Shown here in pieces: positions 36,000-49,772 of a stretch of DNA of 64,000 nt (within the stretch, counting starts at the first letter, position 1; each line of letters starts with the position of its first letter). Source of the DNA: Stegostoma tigrinum (taxonomy: Eukaryota). The translations under genes were made by a program, and so were the position numbers. The notes beneath the pieces are model-generated. The model did not search any database. It worked only from the letters and a program-made list of their open reading frames with translations, and was not told the origin of the DNA. The stretch lies in the NCBI RefSeq assembly GCF_030684315.1, contig NC_081369.1, positions 10,206,035 to 10,270,034 on the forward strand, read 5' to 3'.

Positions 36000-38900
36000 T
36001 ATCTGAGCCATGTGCCAGTTGGTATAGGATGGCTCAAACTATGTTGTAGGAAGAAAGGATATTGATTATTTGGGAAACAGGAAGCCATTTCGTTTACTTG
36101 GATGCTACTTAAACTCAGTGGGGCAATTCTACAACGAAAACTGCGCTCAGGTATTAAAATGGTGGAATGAACAAAATGGTGAAGCAAAATTTAACAATCC
36201 AAAGAGATAGAAGAGGACACGAACACAATAGAACAATACAGTGACAGAGGTGTGAAAAGATAAAGCAGAATGTGACTGTGAGTTTACCATTAGTTCTGCA
36301 TCTATGAATAAAGTCAATGTAGGGAAGAAAAATAAAACGGTGCAATTAAAGGTCTGTTTTTTTCGAAATACATGGAGCATCATCAAGAAAATAAGTATGT
36401 TAATTATACGATTATAGCTATTGCAAATATTTTAAATTTGATCACTGCTATTGAGACATGAATACAAAGTGATCGACGGGAAATAAATATTCCAGGGCAC
36501 ATACACTTAGAAAGGAATTCAGCATAGTAAAAGAGAAGGGTGACTCTGATAATAAGGGACGATGCAGCAACATTAGAAAGAAACTCACTAAACAGATTCA
36601 CTCTCCCTGGTAAATGGGAATACGTGAATTCAGAACATGATAGCTGGAACAGTTTGTAGGACTCATAAAAGAAAGTATATTGTGAACTGAGAATTGAACT
36701 AAAACTTTGCAGCTTAATACGAAGGAAATTGGGCGAATTTAATCTTCGCATCGGTTGCATCATTTAGATTGGTAAGCATGATCTGGAAGCGAAGTTTGTA
36801 ATCTTTTTTGTAGTACTTTCAGGCAGCAATATATTTTAGAGTTGCCTCTGAATGAAGTTTTCACAGATTTAATGTTGTATAATCAAATAATATTAAGTAA
36901 TAATGTTATAATGTCAGGTCTGCTGGGAAATGGTGATCACAGAACTATTTATTTCCATGTTAGGTTTTAAAGTTGCAATCATGAGGAAGAGTCTTAACCT
37001 CAGACAAAATCAATTACACCAGTATGAATTGAAAATAGATTGATTATATAATTAAGCTGAATATTTTGCGTTTAATTTAATGCACAGTGAAAAAGACTTC
37101 AAAGCACAATTCAAAATACCCAAAAATTCAATTCGTTCGATAATAAAAACTCAGAAAAACAGTCATCTGTGGCTCACTCAAGAATTTAAATATGGAATCA
37201 AACTTTAGAAAGAAGACTATTTTGCAAAGAATGGAAACAAAACTTAGATTTGAAGGTGCCTTAAGAACTAACAACACAACATTGGAAAGCTGATAAAATT
37301 CGAAACAAATAAAAATAAGCTAGCTAAAATTATTAAAACAGATTGGAAAAGCATTATTAAGGATACAAAATGAAACTTGTCAAAGTATATATTAGTACCT
37401 CAGAAACAGAAGCAACAGAAATTTTCACAGGGAATGAAGAAAGCTATCCAAGTTATAATCTAACAACCTTTCTTATTTGCAAAAGCATTCACATCAGATT
37501 GGGAGCTGGAAAATATAATTTCACTTACAAGGAAAAAAGAAAGAGAAAACAGAGAACTGCAGGGCGATTAATTTGACAACATTCCTTATCAAAATTCGGC
37601 AATATATTTTCAAATATGTGTAAACAATGAGCTTAAAATTGTGTAATATATTTAGAACAAGATAACATAGTTCGACAAAAGAGAAATCATGTTTGACGAA
37701 AATATTAGAGAGTTTGGAAGCTTTGTATTTCAATTGTATTGTGTGCATGGATTTCCAAAATGCATTCAACAAGTTCAAGAGAAAGCTAAGAACTGATGGA
37801 TTTCAGGGAATTAACATAAATAGAGAGCTGTTTAACTGATACGAAGCAAAGAATGCGTGAAAACTGAACATTTTCAAGTTGGCATTACTGCATGCTGGAC
37901 TCTGTGCTATATACAATCTATGTTAATGATTTAGATTAAGAGAGAGAGTAGCAGATCTACATTTTCTGATTATGTAAAGCTATGTGAAAAGATACATAGT
38001 CAGATGTAGGACACTTCTGTTGAATGCCACCACAATCCGGAACAAGCTTGATGAATTGATCATGTGAACACAAAGGAATAGCTATGAAATGATAGACATT
38101 TCAGAAATACGGTTGCAAGGTAACCATGACTGAATATTGCATGTTATAGGGTGTGTGGCAATACATTAGGATAGCATCAAAGGAAAAATGTTCTGTGAAT
38201 AAATGAGTATTCAGTACAGGAACGCTATAGTACCCTTGTTCAGAAATTAAATATTTAAAACTTACGTGGGTGGCGATAAGAAACAACAAGAAGAGTTTAC
38301 AAGAGGAAGTAATTTATAGTCCCCCAGTCAGTAACTATGCTTAAAGAAATCAATAAATGCTATCATTGCAAAAAAAATTGCAATAACTGTGGATGATTTT
38401 AATCTTAATCGAGAATGGAAACAGAATGTGAGCAGGCAAATAGAGCAGAGATAGTAGGAGCTGCTGATGCTGGAGAATCTGAGGTAACACGGTGTGAAGC
38501 TGAATGAACACAGCGGGCCAAGCAGCATCAGAGAAGCAGGAAGGTTGACGTTTCGGGTCGAGACCCTTCTTCAGAAATGATCGCAAATAGAGCAAGTTGT
38601 TAAGAAGCTTTAAGGCACACTGTATTTTATTCTGAGAGGCTTGGAGCAAAAGAAGTAAAGAAATTTTGTTCCAGTCGTGCCAGGCTTTCTCTTAGCAATT
38701 TCTGGAAACTGTGCACTTGGCTTTCAACATTTAAGGAAGGATGAAACATAAACTGAAATTGCTGGAGAAACATTTCTAAAGAAGGGTCACAGGATCCAAA
38801 ATGCTAACTGTGTTCTCCATCTCCACAGATACTGCTCGACCTGCTGAACTTCTCCAGAAATTTCTATTTTTTGTTTCAGGTTTCCAGCATCTGCACTTCT

Positions 38901-40440
38901 TTGGTTTATTTTCTAACGCAGGATGCATTCATAGTGGAGACTGCACTGTGAATCTTAAGTAAATTTGTCCCTGAGTTAAGGTGGATGTCCAAAGATGAGA
39001 GGCTTAGTCAATTTAGCCTTTCTTCTCTGAAGTTGCAATGAATGAAAAGTTATTTGATTTGAGAAGCAGCTCATAGGATGTATTCATGACTGTTTCGAAG
39101 AGCAATAATTTGTGGAACGTAATTATTTAGTAAATGTACTGTTGAATGAGAAAAGTTGTTTGATGTTACCATAAATGAACCACCAAGGAAAGTGATAATA
39201 CCATAAAGGACACTCATATTTTGTTTGAAAACAAAACTGTTGAGTCTAAAACATCTGTTTGAAATTTAAATAAAAGAAAATTTGCAAAAATGCAAAGACA
39301 GAATTGTCTAAGTTGAACTGGGAAGTTATCTTGAAAAGAAAAACTGTGCAAAGCATTGCTACATATTTAAAAGGTCAACAGAGATATATTCCATTCAGAA
39401 TGAAAGATACTGCCTGCTATTGCCGTTGAAGTATTAACCTGCTTCTTTGAATAGGTCATAATAGCATACAAACACTTTTCATACCAAGATTCAACCAGGA
39501 CAGCAACAGAATACCAGGAAGGAGAAGACAGAAACACTGAGACAAACTAAACCAATAAAGTAAATTTGTAGCTAAAATCTATTTTTGCTGCTGTATGTAA
39601 ATGAATATTAGAATGCATAATCAAATTCACAAATTTGCTGATGAACCCAAAGTTGGAGTGGCAAACAGAAGGTGACATTAATGGATTATGGTTGGATACA
39701 GGCTAGTGAGTAGAAGATCTAATTTTGGAAAATGGAGGTGATGAGGTGTCGAGGATGTGTAAGGAAAAACAATACAATCTTACTGGCCCCATTCTAATGA
39801 GTGCGAAAGAACAGATGGGCTCTGCTGGCACTCGTGAATTTATCTTTGAATGTGACAGGACTTAATAAGAGTATAGTTTCCAATTCATAAATGGAGGCAT
39901 TGAGTACTACTGCAGGGAAGTAATGAGAACCTTTATAGATATGATTAGGTCACCACTAGGATAATGAACCTAGTTCTGGTCATCACAGCTGACAAAAATT
40001 GGGTCATGGAAAGGAAGCATATGATATAATTAGGAAGGTATTTGAGATCAGTGATGGTACATTTGTGGATCCAGTTGGAAAAGCTAGTTTGTTGGCCTTG
40101 GTAAAAGGAGATTGAGGGTGTGGCATTATACAGGTCTTCAAGATTATGGCAGATTTAGGTAAGGTAGACAAAGAAAATCTTAACTAAATAATTGAGAGCA
40201 CAACATCCATTCAACACAACTTAAGATATTGGAGAAGAGATGCAGAGGAAATGCAAGGAGTCATGGGTGATATTGGCCTGGAACATACAGCATATTAGTG
40301 TGATGGAGGCAGCGACTATAAATGAATTCAAGAAGGAATTGGACAGGCATTTGAAGAAAATGAACTTGCAAGGCGACAGTGATCAAATAAGGGAGTGTGA
40401 CTGGCTGAGCTGCCTTAAGAAAAGTCTGTTGACTTGATAG
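36000..40440 (+). mobile_element. Several heavily decayed CR1-type LINE fragments interrupted by PLE termini
   Basis: Remnants of MDFQNAFNK, YVNDLD and KFADEPKVG motifs and CR1 3' tails, with many stops. Confidence 0.55.
38547..38574 (-). ncRNA. Minimal hammerhead ribozyme motif (PLE-type)
   Basis: Reverse complement CTGAAGA-a-GGGT-ctcg-ACCC-GAAAC-GTC. Confidence 0.65.
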
Positions 40441-41258
40441 GCCATATGCTGTCTTTAGTATCTCTAAATTGCTCTAATTTAAAGTTGTTTGTATTTTTTC
40501 ACTCATGCCATGTGTGTAGCACTGATGAGGTCAACACTTCTTGGCCTTCCTAATTGATCTTGAGAAAGTGATGGTCACTTGCCTTCTGAAACTACTGCTG
40601 TCTATGTGGTTCTAGTACATCCATAATGCTATTAGGAAAGGAGTTATATTACATTGACCAGCAACAGTGAAATGACAATGGTGTAATTCCAAGTCAGTTG
40701 GGACATGGTGACATTCCAAGTCTTCTATTCCTCTTGTCCCCCAGCATGGTGGAAATCGTCTATTTAAGAACTACTGACAAGTTGGGAACTGATGAGATGA
40801 AATTTCATAACAGCCTATATTTACAAGCTTGAGAATCTCAAGCAGTGAGCGAAAACTGGAACTGGGACTCTATCAAACAGCACGCTTCAGTGATAAATTA
40901 AAAGTTAAAATTGCTTTCGAGCGCTTATCATTCCACAGCGGAGAGACGTAAGACTGCCAACTGTCACTCTTCAGACTCCAAAGTCAACTCCATTTCTTGG
41001 CTTTTTAAAAATATTTTAAACATGTTTATATATTAAAGGTTAGACACGCGGTTATGACCACAATAATCATCGTTCTGCAATAAATCAGTGAAGTTGCGTT
41101 AAAAGTCAAACTTCAATTTACAGCTTCAAAGTAATGGCAACAGATGGCATACTTTTCCGCCGGTTACACATCTGCGACCTCTTCTGGTCAGTCTGCTTTA
41201 GCATTTGGCGAAGACATTTGAAGGATTTCCCGTTTTGGGGAAATAAAAAAGTCCACAC

Positions 41259-42504
41259 GATATATCACGAGAAAAAAAAGCCTAAGGAAAGTTTCGAATT
41301 TACGAATTGGCAATAAAATGCCACCTGCCTTGATGTCAGGCAAATGTTTCGTCACAGAAAAATATATTCATATCGTGCCTTTCACAGACACTGGACTTCC
41401 CAAAGCGGGTGCGGCCTACATTTTAAGTGTAGTCACATTGTGATACAGGAGAGGCCGCAGCCAATTCGTCCGCAATGCAAACTTCCCAAATTCGCATTCT
41501 GATAGTGACCAGGCAAACATTTGCTCGTGTGTGTGTTTGTGCACGTTTATCTGTGTGTGGTTTTGTGTATGCGCGCGTGTGAGAAACAGACTGAGATGCA
41601 GACTAAATGGGAAACATTTAAGACACTTGGCTTAACTCCTTATCTCGACTTCAAAGCGGTGGCATTGAATCCTTCACGTTGACATAGGAGGGTGGACTGG
41701 GACTTGGCTTAACATCCATTGGACAAGCCAGAATATATAAGATAGGCTGAGCAGTGTTTGTCCAAGCTGCAGTCTGTATGAGGTTGTCAGTCATGGGAAA
41801 CAAAACATGATCGGATCACAAAATGCGTTGACCAATATCGGCCAAGGAAGAAAGAAATTCACGATTCAGTCACAGTCCTTCGTCAGAAGGAGAAAGGTAA
41901 GAAAGTGAACTTTAATGACAACTTACATTTATGTAAAAGTTTTGAAACACAAAGATGTAGCGGTGTTTTTTGAAGATTAAACAAAACCAAACCCTGTCAA
42001 AGAAATGCGAACAGAAAGAAAGGAATAAAAGCCATTGTTGAGGTGGATTTAAAGAAGAATTCTCATTGAAAGGGACGAATGGAGGAGCAGGGACGTTTAG
42101 GGAGAGGATTTTGAAGCATGGATTCTAGGCAATGGTGGCAAAGAGCTCGGAGTATGCAATATTCCACAGATAGGAGAATAAGGGGCAGAATTCTTGGCTG
42201 AAAGGATACTGAATTTGGGAATGACACAGCCAAGAAGAAATTTAAATCGGTATCTGGATTTTAAATTTGAGCCAACAGTGCACAGAGAACAATTGTAGGT
42301 CAACCAGGATCGGAGAGATGGGCGAGCACGAATTTGAGTAGGATTGCCTATGGGTAGCAACATTTCGGATGGAAGTCGTTTTCTGCGAATTGGATGTAGG
42401 TGGTGGTGCAATGTCGGAAAGTCTGACATCAAGGCAGGTGGCATTTTATTGCCAATTCGTAAATTCGAAACTTTCCTTTGGCTTTTTTTTTCTCGTGATA
42501 TATC
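41259..42504. repeat. Near-perfect inverted repeat pair of about 81 bp (41259-41339 / 42423-42504)
   Basis: gatatatcacgagaaaa...ccacctgccttgatgtcag versus ctgacatcaaggcaggtgg...tctcgtgatatatc, with one substitution and one A-run indel. Confidence 0.9.
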
Positions 42505-44761
42505 TTGATATATATTGGTGAAAACGGTTAAAGTGTGATTTGTTTGGTGCTGTAACTTTGTCCACAGTCTGTTTACATTTTTTTCAGATTACTTATTTCT
42601 TTAATTTCTTTCGCTCATATTGGTATTTAGAGGATTGAGATAAGGTGAATACAGGTAGTGTTGCAGAGGTAGAAGGAAACAACCTGACTGCCGTCATTCT
42701 CGATTCCAAGAGATAGCCACGGAGACCATGCCTACATCTCCGCGCCTGTTCGTTTACATGTGCCACCAGGCTGCATGTGTCTTTGAAATCTTGTAACATA
42801 ACAGCGGCTTTACCTGATTGGCTTTGGAAACTCTTGGCTCCTATTGTTATAGATAGAAGTCATTTAATTTGTAAGTGTGTGTGAACTTGTGAACGCGCCG
42901 TTTTCTGTATGCGTCATTGTCTTTATGTGTTTTATTTCTAGTGCATGCTCAGGTGTATGTACGTATAACTCATCCAAAGTCCAATTCGTTCATTGCTCCA
43001 CGTTCGTTGAGTCACATTGCTTTCTGATTCTGCAACGTCTGACGTTTGAATTCCTCTTTAATATTTTTAAACCGTCCATTGCCTTTGGCGGCAATGTCTT
43101 GAACCACACGTTGGAAGTTCATCCCATACCAAGTCTGGTTTTGTCTCCTATTTTAAAATCTGCCTCTCTCACCAAGCTTTTTTCATCAATACATCAATTT
43201 GTTCAGTCCATAATATTCCCCGCAAATCACCATTTTATTATTTTGCAGGCGCCGTATGCCTATGTCTGTTTCATTCTGCTTACGTGTTGGAGCGCCTCCA
43301 TTTTCATTTGCTCCCTTACTCAGTGTTATTTTTATTTGTTACGCGTTCTCCGTTGACGGAGAGTTCTACCCACTCAGGCATCTATTTTCGATTTATGCTT
43401 CGGATGAGCGATTGTCGCTGCACAACTTTGAACGTTTAGAACTTATTTAAAGAAAGGTTCCGCACAGTTGAAGAGAATGGAAACTCTTGTGGTTAGATGC
43501 TGAGCCCGTATCAGGGCGTGCAGAGTTACTAACTGAACAGAGTGTAATTTTTAAAAATGCATTTCAAGCCTGGCAACTACCAAAACAAGCTTCTCCTAAC
43601 ACGTTTTGCACGTGTTACGTTTAGCAATGCCCCAGTGCGCTAACTCTGAAAAATAAATGCAATCCGAAGCAATTGTCTTTACATCACCTATCTTTGAACG
43701 CTGCATATAACTAACTTTAGACACGTGTAGCTCTTTGAAAACGCCCTATTGCGGGGGCGGGGGGAGGAGAAAGGGGGTAATCTATGAATTACGGAGAGCC
43801 ATCATTCTGTGTATTGGTCTCTCCACTGTTTTTAGCTGCATCATCCAACAGTTCTCATGGTGCATAAAGTTATAGAACAGTGAATTATATATTTGAACTG
43901 AGAGATGTCCTCACTGATGTCCTTAGACTGGTAACAGCACTGGTGAATAAGTGAATTCAAACGAAACATGCATTTGTGGTTAAAAAGCAATTACCGTTTC
44001 GAGTCCAGTGGCCCTTCTTCCACCAAAAATGTACTTATATGGTTCACTTCATGACTTCTTAAGATTCCAAAAGTTTCGCAACCAGATTAACACTCTCAGC
44101 AAGTCCCACAACAGAAACATTACAACAAACAGATACAAAGAGCTGAGAAGAGCTGGAAATCAGAAACAAAAATGAGAAATTGCTGGAAAAACCCTGTAGA
44201 CCTGGCAACATCTACGGAAAGAAAGCATAGTTGACATTTCGGGTCCAGTGAACCTTGTTCAGAACGCCAACTCTGCTTTCTTGCCAAATATGACTTGGGG
44301 ACTTATCTATCTTCATTCTTTATATGACACACAACACCTCTATTTTATTTAGCAACTTGGCTTAGAAACTCGCCACTCCCTTCCCTCCACCAATTGTTTC
44401 TCTTTGGTGAACACCAACACAAAGTATTCGTTGAGGGCCTCACCTAGCTCTTCTGGCTCCACACATAGACTCCATCCTTTGTCCTTCAGTGGGCTAAACC
44501 GTTCCCTGGCTACCCTCTTGCTTTTTATATATGTACAAAAAGCCTTGGGGTTCTCCTTAATCCAGTTTGCTAACAACTTTTCATGACCCCTTTTAAAGCC
44601 CTTCGAATTCCTTGCTTCAGGTTCTTTCCTGCTTTCCTTATATACTTCAAAGACCTCATGAGTTCCCATCCACCTAGGCATTACGTATGCTTGAACAGAA
44701 ACAGAAGTTGCCTGAAAAACTCAGCAGGTCTGGCAGCATCTGTGAAGAAAAAGTCGTCGTG

Positions 44762-44791
44762 GACGTTTCGGATCCGTTGACCCTTCCTCAG
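44762..44791 (-). ncRNA. Minimal hammerhead ribozyme motif (PLE-type)
   Basis: Reverse complement CTGAGGA-a-GGGTC-aacg-GATCC-GAAAC-GTC. Confidence 0.65.
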
Positions 44792-44847
44792 AACGTATGT
44801 CTTCCTTTGTCTTCCTGATCAAGGTCACAAGATCCCTGGCCATCCAA

Positions 44848-45708
44848 GTGAGATGTTATTGGGATAACATCCCATTTATTTCTATATTCTCCATAAATTA
44901 TTGACTTTTTTATCTGCTTACGGAGGTATGTAGACACTGCCTTATAACTTCCTGCCTGATTAGAATTAGGTGTAAAACTTTGTAAATCCTTACCTTCCTA
45001 TACCTAGGTAGAAAGACACTGCCTTAAGCTTCCTGCCTGAATAAAATTAGGTGTAAAACTTATAAGTCTTTATCTTCCTGCACAGGGCTATGTGGAAACT
45101 GTCTCAAATAAGATGAGGTGGACAGCGTTGTAAAGGTGTGAGACTTCTGAGATCTTGTAAAGAATGTAACTTCTGTTTCTGATAAAGGGGCCAGAGCACT
45201 GACTTTTGTTCAAGCCAGACACTTCGGCAGCTTGAAATTACATTCTGTCACTTCGGCAACTTGAAATCGTCATCAGCAGTCACTTCACGAATGATCGATA
45301 CTGTATCCTGGATAAAAAAAAGTGTGGAGCTGGATGAACACAGCAGGCCAAGCAGCATTTTAGGAGCACAAAAGCTAGACCCTTCACGTCCTGCTCTCTT
45401 TATGTTTTCGATGTAGTAATTGTTTGTGTATGATGTCATTGTCCGATGTAGTGACTGTTTCATGTATCATGCCATTGTGAGATGTACAATTGCTTTATGT
45501 ATTATGCACTCGATAAGGTATAAGAAGAGGGGACGGTCCGCTGCTCAGGGAGAATGGCTTACGAGGCTCCGCACTCTGCGCCGGGTTGAGTACAGTGATT
45601 CTCCACAGCTTGCACTTGCTTGGTAATAAATGGATTTGTGTTTTTCTAAACAGGTCAATGTCTTGTCATTGCATCAAGTCCGTGAGGGTCTCCGAAAACG
45701 AACCTAAC
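44848..45708 (+). mobile_element. Solo LTR-like element, same family as 33211-33842, with internal duplication and PLE insert
   Basis: Colinear similarity from gtgagatgttattgggataacatccc to ccgaaaacgaacctaac. PLE piece at about 45309-45388. Confidence 0.65.
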
Positions 45709-48700
45709 GCAAGGATCACGTAATTTGCTATAGCTATCCGGCACTCTCGCAGGAATTAGCCGTTCCTGAACTCTTATCAACTGCCGTTTGAAATACTCCC
45801 AAATGTCCGATGTAAATGTACACTTAAACAGCTACCTCCAATCAAAATTCTCCAGTTCCTCCTTACTATTGTTGCAGTTCGTCATCTCCTAATTTAACAC
45901 CTTCACCCGAGGACTCCTCTTATCCCTGCCCATGAGTGTCTCAAGACTCACGGTAACGCTACTCCAAAAATGTTCACTCACTGGAACGTCGGTCACCGAG
46001 CTGGGCCCATTTCCCAAAGCAAGGTGCAGTATAACGCCTTCTTTGGTTGGACTGTTTATATGTTGTGTCAAGAATGTCTCCTGAATGCTCCTTACAAATT
46101 CTGCCCCATCCAAGTCTCTAGCACTTGGAGACTAGGCAATCTCGCGTAAGTTAAAATCACCCACCACAACGATCTTGCTGTTTTTACATCTCTCCAAAAC
46201 CTGTCGACATATTCGCTCATCTATCTCTAGCTGGCTGTTGGGAGGCCTGCGGTATACCCCAAGCATTATGATTTCACTCTTCCTATACCCACCATTGCAT
46301 CGCAGGAGTCCTCTGACATATCCTCCTTCAGAGCAGCTGTGAGATTCTCGTTTATCAGTAACGCAACTTCCCCAACCCTTTTCCTGCCTTTCTGTCACAC
46401 TTGAAATTGATGGTGCTTGGACGAAGGCTGTAATATGCTCTGAGGAGGAATAATAGGTGAATCTCAAATCGAATATTACCGAGCAGATTATTATCATGCA
46501 AGTTTCGTTTCAAAGCACTATGGATCGCAAATTTCAGACCTCTGCTGAAATAGGGAGTAGGCTGATGGAACGTTACTTGCCCAGTTTGATTTCTGCTGCC
46601 TTCTTTTTCTGGACGGGGGGACATTTAAGTGGGCTACGTTACAAATTATTGGGTAGACGCCACCTTTGTGGGTGCGCTGAAGAAGCTTGGCTAGGGCTCT
46701 TCCACGTTCCGGAACGCGCGTCTTTCGTATTAATATAAGGAGGCTGTCTGAGTCCACAGTTTCTGCAGTAGCTGTGGCGATATACACCTCAACAGCCGAG
46801 ATACTCACAGCCTGGTGTTATGAAGCTACAGCACTGCTCTGGCGAAAACTATCGTGAGATTCTTCCGCTTTTTTTTTCATGAGAACTACTACTGAGAATA
46901 AGCGAATGGTATATGTGGTGTACTGTTGACCAGTTGCTGGGGTTGATAGAGGAGTGTGGCTGGAGGCGGTTGGTGCATCTGAGGTAGCAATCGTGCTTCA
47001 TGATCAAACTGTAACTGCACTTCTTCAGAATAGAGTCGCTTCTTCAAAATAGAATCGTCTCAAATTCTTTGCATTGTCGCACACCTCGCAAAAGCCTACA
47101 CCTTTACATTCATATTGTTATCCAAGAATGGCATTAGGCATAGCTATGACCTCCAACACGGTGTCGTTAATTAGATCAGATGTCAGGGCTTCTATACTTA
47201 TGCTTCTGAAACAGCTGCAGTCGTAACTAACCTATCTAAAGATGAAACTGTGATAAAAAAGATAAATAATGGAATTACTCACATTTTACAATTGCTAAAA
47301 GTTAGGAGATATCGATGGAAGTTAAAATCTGGGGTACATGTATGTTTTTTGAGAGCAACAGGACAAATGAAAAGGCTGAGAGGCCCAACGAAGATTCCTG
47401 ACATCACTGGAGAGATTAGAGGTAAATAAAGCAAGGAAGTTACACAACACATTTGTTGAGAACTGTATTGGTCTCAGCTGGGATCTTCTGTACAAATCTG
47501 TCACCACCCTTTAGGGAGATTTCACGAAAATGGAAACAACGCAGAAGATGTTGGCCAGAATGTAAACACAGTCGTGGAATTTAACTATGTGATGAGACTT
47601 GAGAAGCAAAGGATTTTCTCGTTGCAGTTGGGGAGGATGAAATAAATGCGGTGCAGAGTTCACAATAGCTTTAAAAGGCAAATTGAAGAAAACTATTCCC
47701 AGTTACATAAGGGTTGGAAACCAAATTTCAAAGAGTTAAGGCGATTGACAAAAGCACTAGTGGCTACAGGGAAGAAGTGTTGTACCAATCTAGTCCTGTC
47801 CCGTTGTTACCCATACTACGACGAACAAAACTCCTGAATGATTTGCACCTACAGGTTTACATTAAAGTTAATAGAAGACATAACTAATTTGGAAACTACA
47901 AGCAGCTGAACACTGTAAGTAAGCAAAGTCCTATTTTATGTGATGAACATTCGTACTCGAAACGTTAACTTTGTGTCCTTCTCACAAAAGATGCAAGACC
48001 TTGAGCTGCTCCAGCAATTTCTGCTGTTGCTCCCATTTTCATTGTCTTCTTTTAATTGCTTTTACCAGCAAAATGATAGTCTCTTTATCCGCTTCTCCTC
48101 GCACTTCCATCTGGAAATGCCAGGACAGCACCCTGAAAAATGTTTGTTGCTTTTCAGGCCGCTGAATTAATGGCAGTAACTGTGAACTAGATGAACAGGG
48201 GTCTCGAACTTCACATCTGCAGTGAGTGAAAATAATATTATTGTCGAAATTCCTAGGCCGGAGAAAGGGAATTGAGCAACGTTATCAATCCTAACTGCTA
48301 TTCCAATGATTTCTGCTTGAGATCGAAATGGACGTGGAGATCCCAATTCTAAATATTTTACCACTCATTGTCTTGCATATAGGTGAATACTTTAGGTGTG
48401 ATACTGGAAAAACAGCGATGCTTGCGACCTGAATCATCATTTTCAGAACGTACCAAGGCTCGAAAGTTGTTGTTTATAACTGATCGGAAAGCATTGTTCC
48501 GGCAGTGTCAGAAATATATTGTCTTCAGATAGAAATTTCTCAACGAGCAGCGAGCAAGGAACCTCCCACTTCCCAGACTTCAGGGACTCAACTCTCGTCA
48601 TGTGATGTCTCAGGTCATGGATCATAGGCTTGATAAGTTTTTTTCCGCCAAACCATTCAGGACACCATCCTCATTTACAACAAGAAACCAACAAACTTTT

Positions 48701-49119
48701 CTTTTATGTCTGAAATATGTTTGTGATAGTTCCAGTACAGTACATGACTCTACTTGGAATAATTTGGTCAGGTACATTTCGTTGCTGTATGCCCCTTGTC
48801 AAAATCCGTTATATCCTATTTTAGAAGATAATGAAATGCATCTGTAATGTTCTGCATCAGTAAACACTGTGCTGCTCCACTTCGCATGCTAAAACTTTCA
48901 ATAGCTCTTGCATTTTACTTCGCGAAGTTCTTTTCCTGATGTAATTTTGTTAAGCAGGGGACTGAAAGCTTGTCGGCTTAAGAGAGGAAGGCAGATTAGA
49001 ATTAGAACAGCTACTATTGAATAGCCGAGAGGTGCGAGGGACAGAACGGCCTACTCTTTCTCTGTGTGGTGTACACTGGTTTGCAAATATTATCATCGCT
49101 CTTCTTTCTCTTCTGATAG

Positions 49120-49425
49120 CCCCCGAAGCAACTTCGAGTAAAGTGAAACAGTTCCCCAAATTTGAGAGCGTTAACAGAGGTGGGAATGTTTCCATGTTCT
49201 GCACATTTCCTATCTTTGAAGAAGCTCCTGATGTTTATTGGCGGAGACGGGGTGAGGAGTCGGTTCTGGAGCCAGACAGCAGAAAGCAATTCAATGCAAA
49301 ACGGGGAACAAGTTCTTTTTCAATCCTAAAAGTGAGTTTCGCTGATGCCGGAGTGTATTTTTGTGAAGTAAAGCACCAGGGAAGGTGGATTGGAGATGGA
49401 GGTGGCACGCAGCTGACTGTTTATG
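49120..49425 (+). CDS. Gene B exon: germline-joined VJ-type Ig V domain
   Basis: 306 nt, AG/GTAAG, phase 1/1. Three nt differences from the gene A V exon. Confidence 0.92.
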
Positions 49426-49555
49426 GTAAGGATCATTGTACCGGACAGGCTACTTTTCAGCTTTATTAGATACTTACGCTTTTTCTAAATCTCGAACTTT
49501 CTTCGAATTGCTTTTACGCGGGTTTATATTTTCGTTGTCATTGAGCACGTGTTAA

Positions 49556-49772
49556 AACTGCAGATGTTGGAGTCAGAGTAGATACAATGTGGAGCTGGAG
49601 GAAGACAGCAGGTCAGGCAGCTTCAGAGAAGGGCCGACGTTTCGGGCCTAGACCCTTCATTAGAACTTCACGAGTCTTTTTGAAGGATCTCGGCCCGAAA
49701 CGTCGACTCTCCTACTCCTCTGATGCTGCCTGACCTGCTGTGTTCGTCCAACTCCACGCTGTATGGATTCCA
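49556..49772. mobile_element. Older palindromic PLE terminal insertion specific to the gene B V-C1 intron
   Basis: Inverted PLE termini flanked by gttaaa. The corresponding gene A site (about 18910, gtgttaaatagc) is empty. Confidence 0.7.

Larger units (their letters stand above)
44300..46430 (-). mobile_element. CR1 LINE fragment (APE/linker region) interrupted by a PLE terminus and a solo LTR
   Basis: GVYRRPPNS, VVVGDFN and IKENPKAFCTYIKSKR motifs. Confidence 0.75.
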
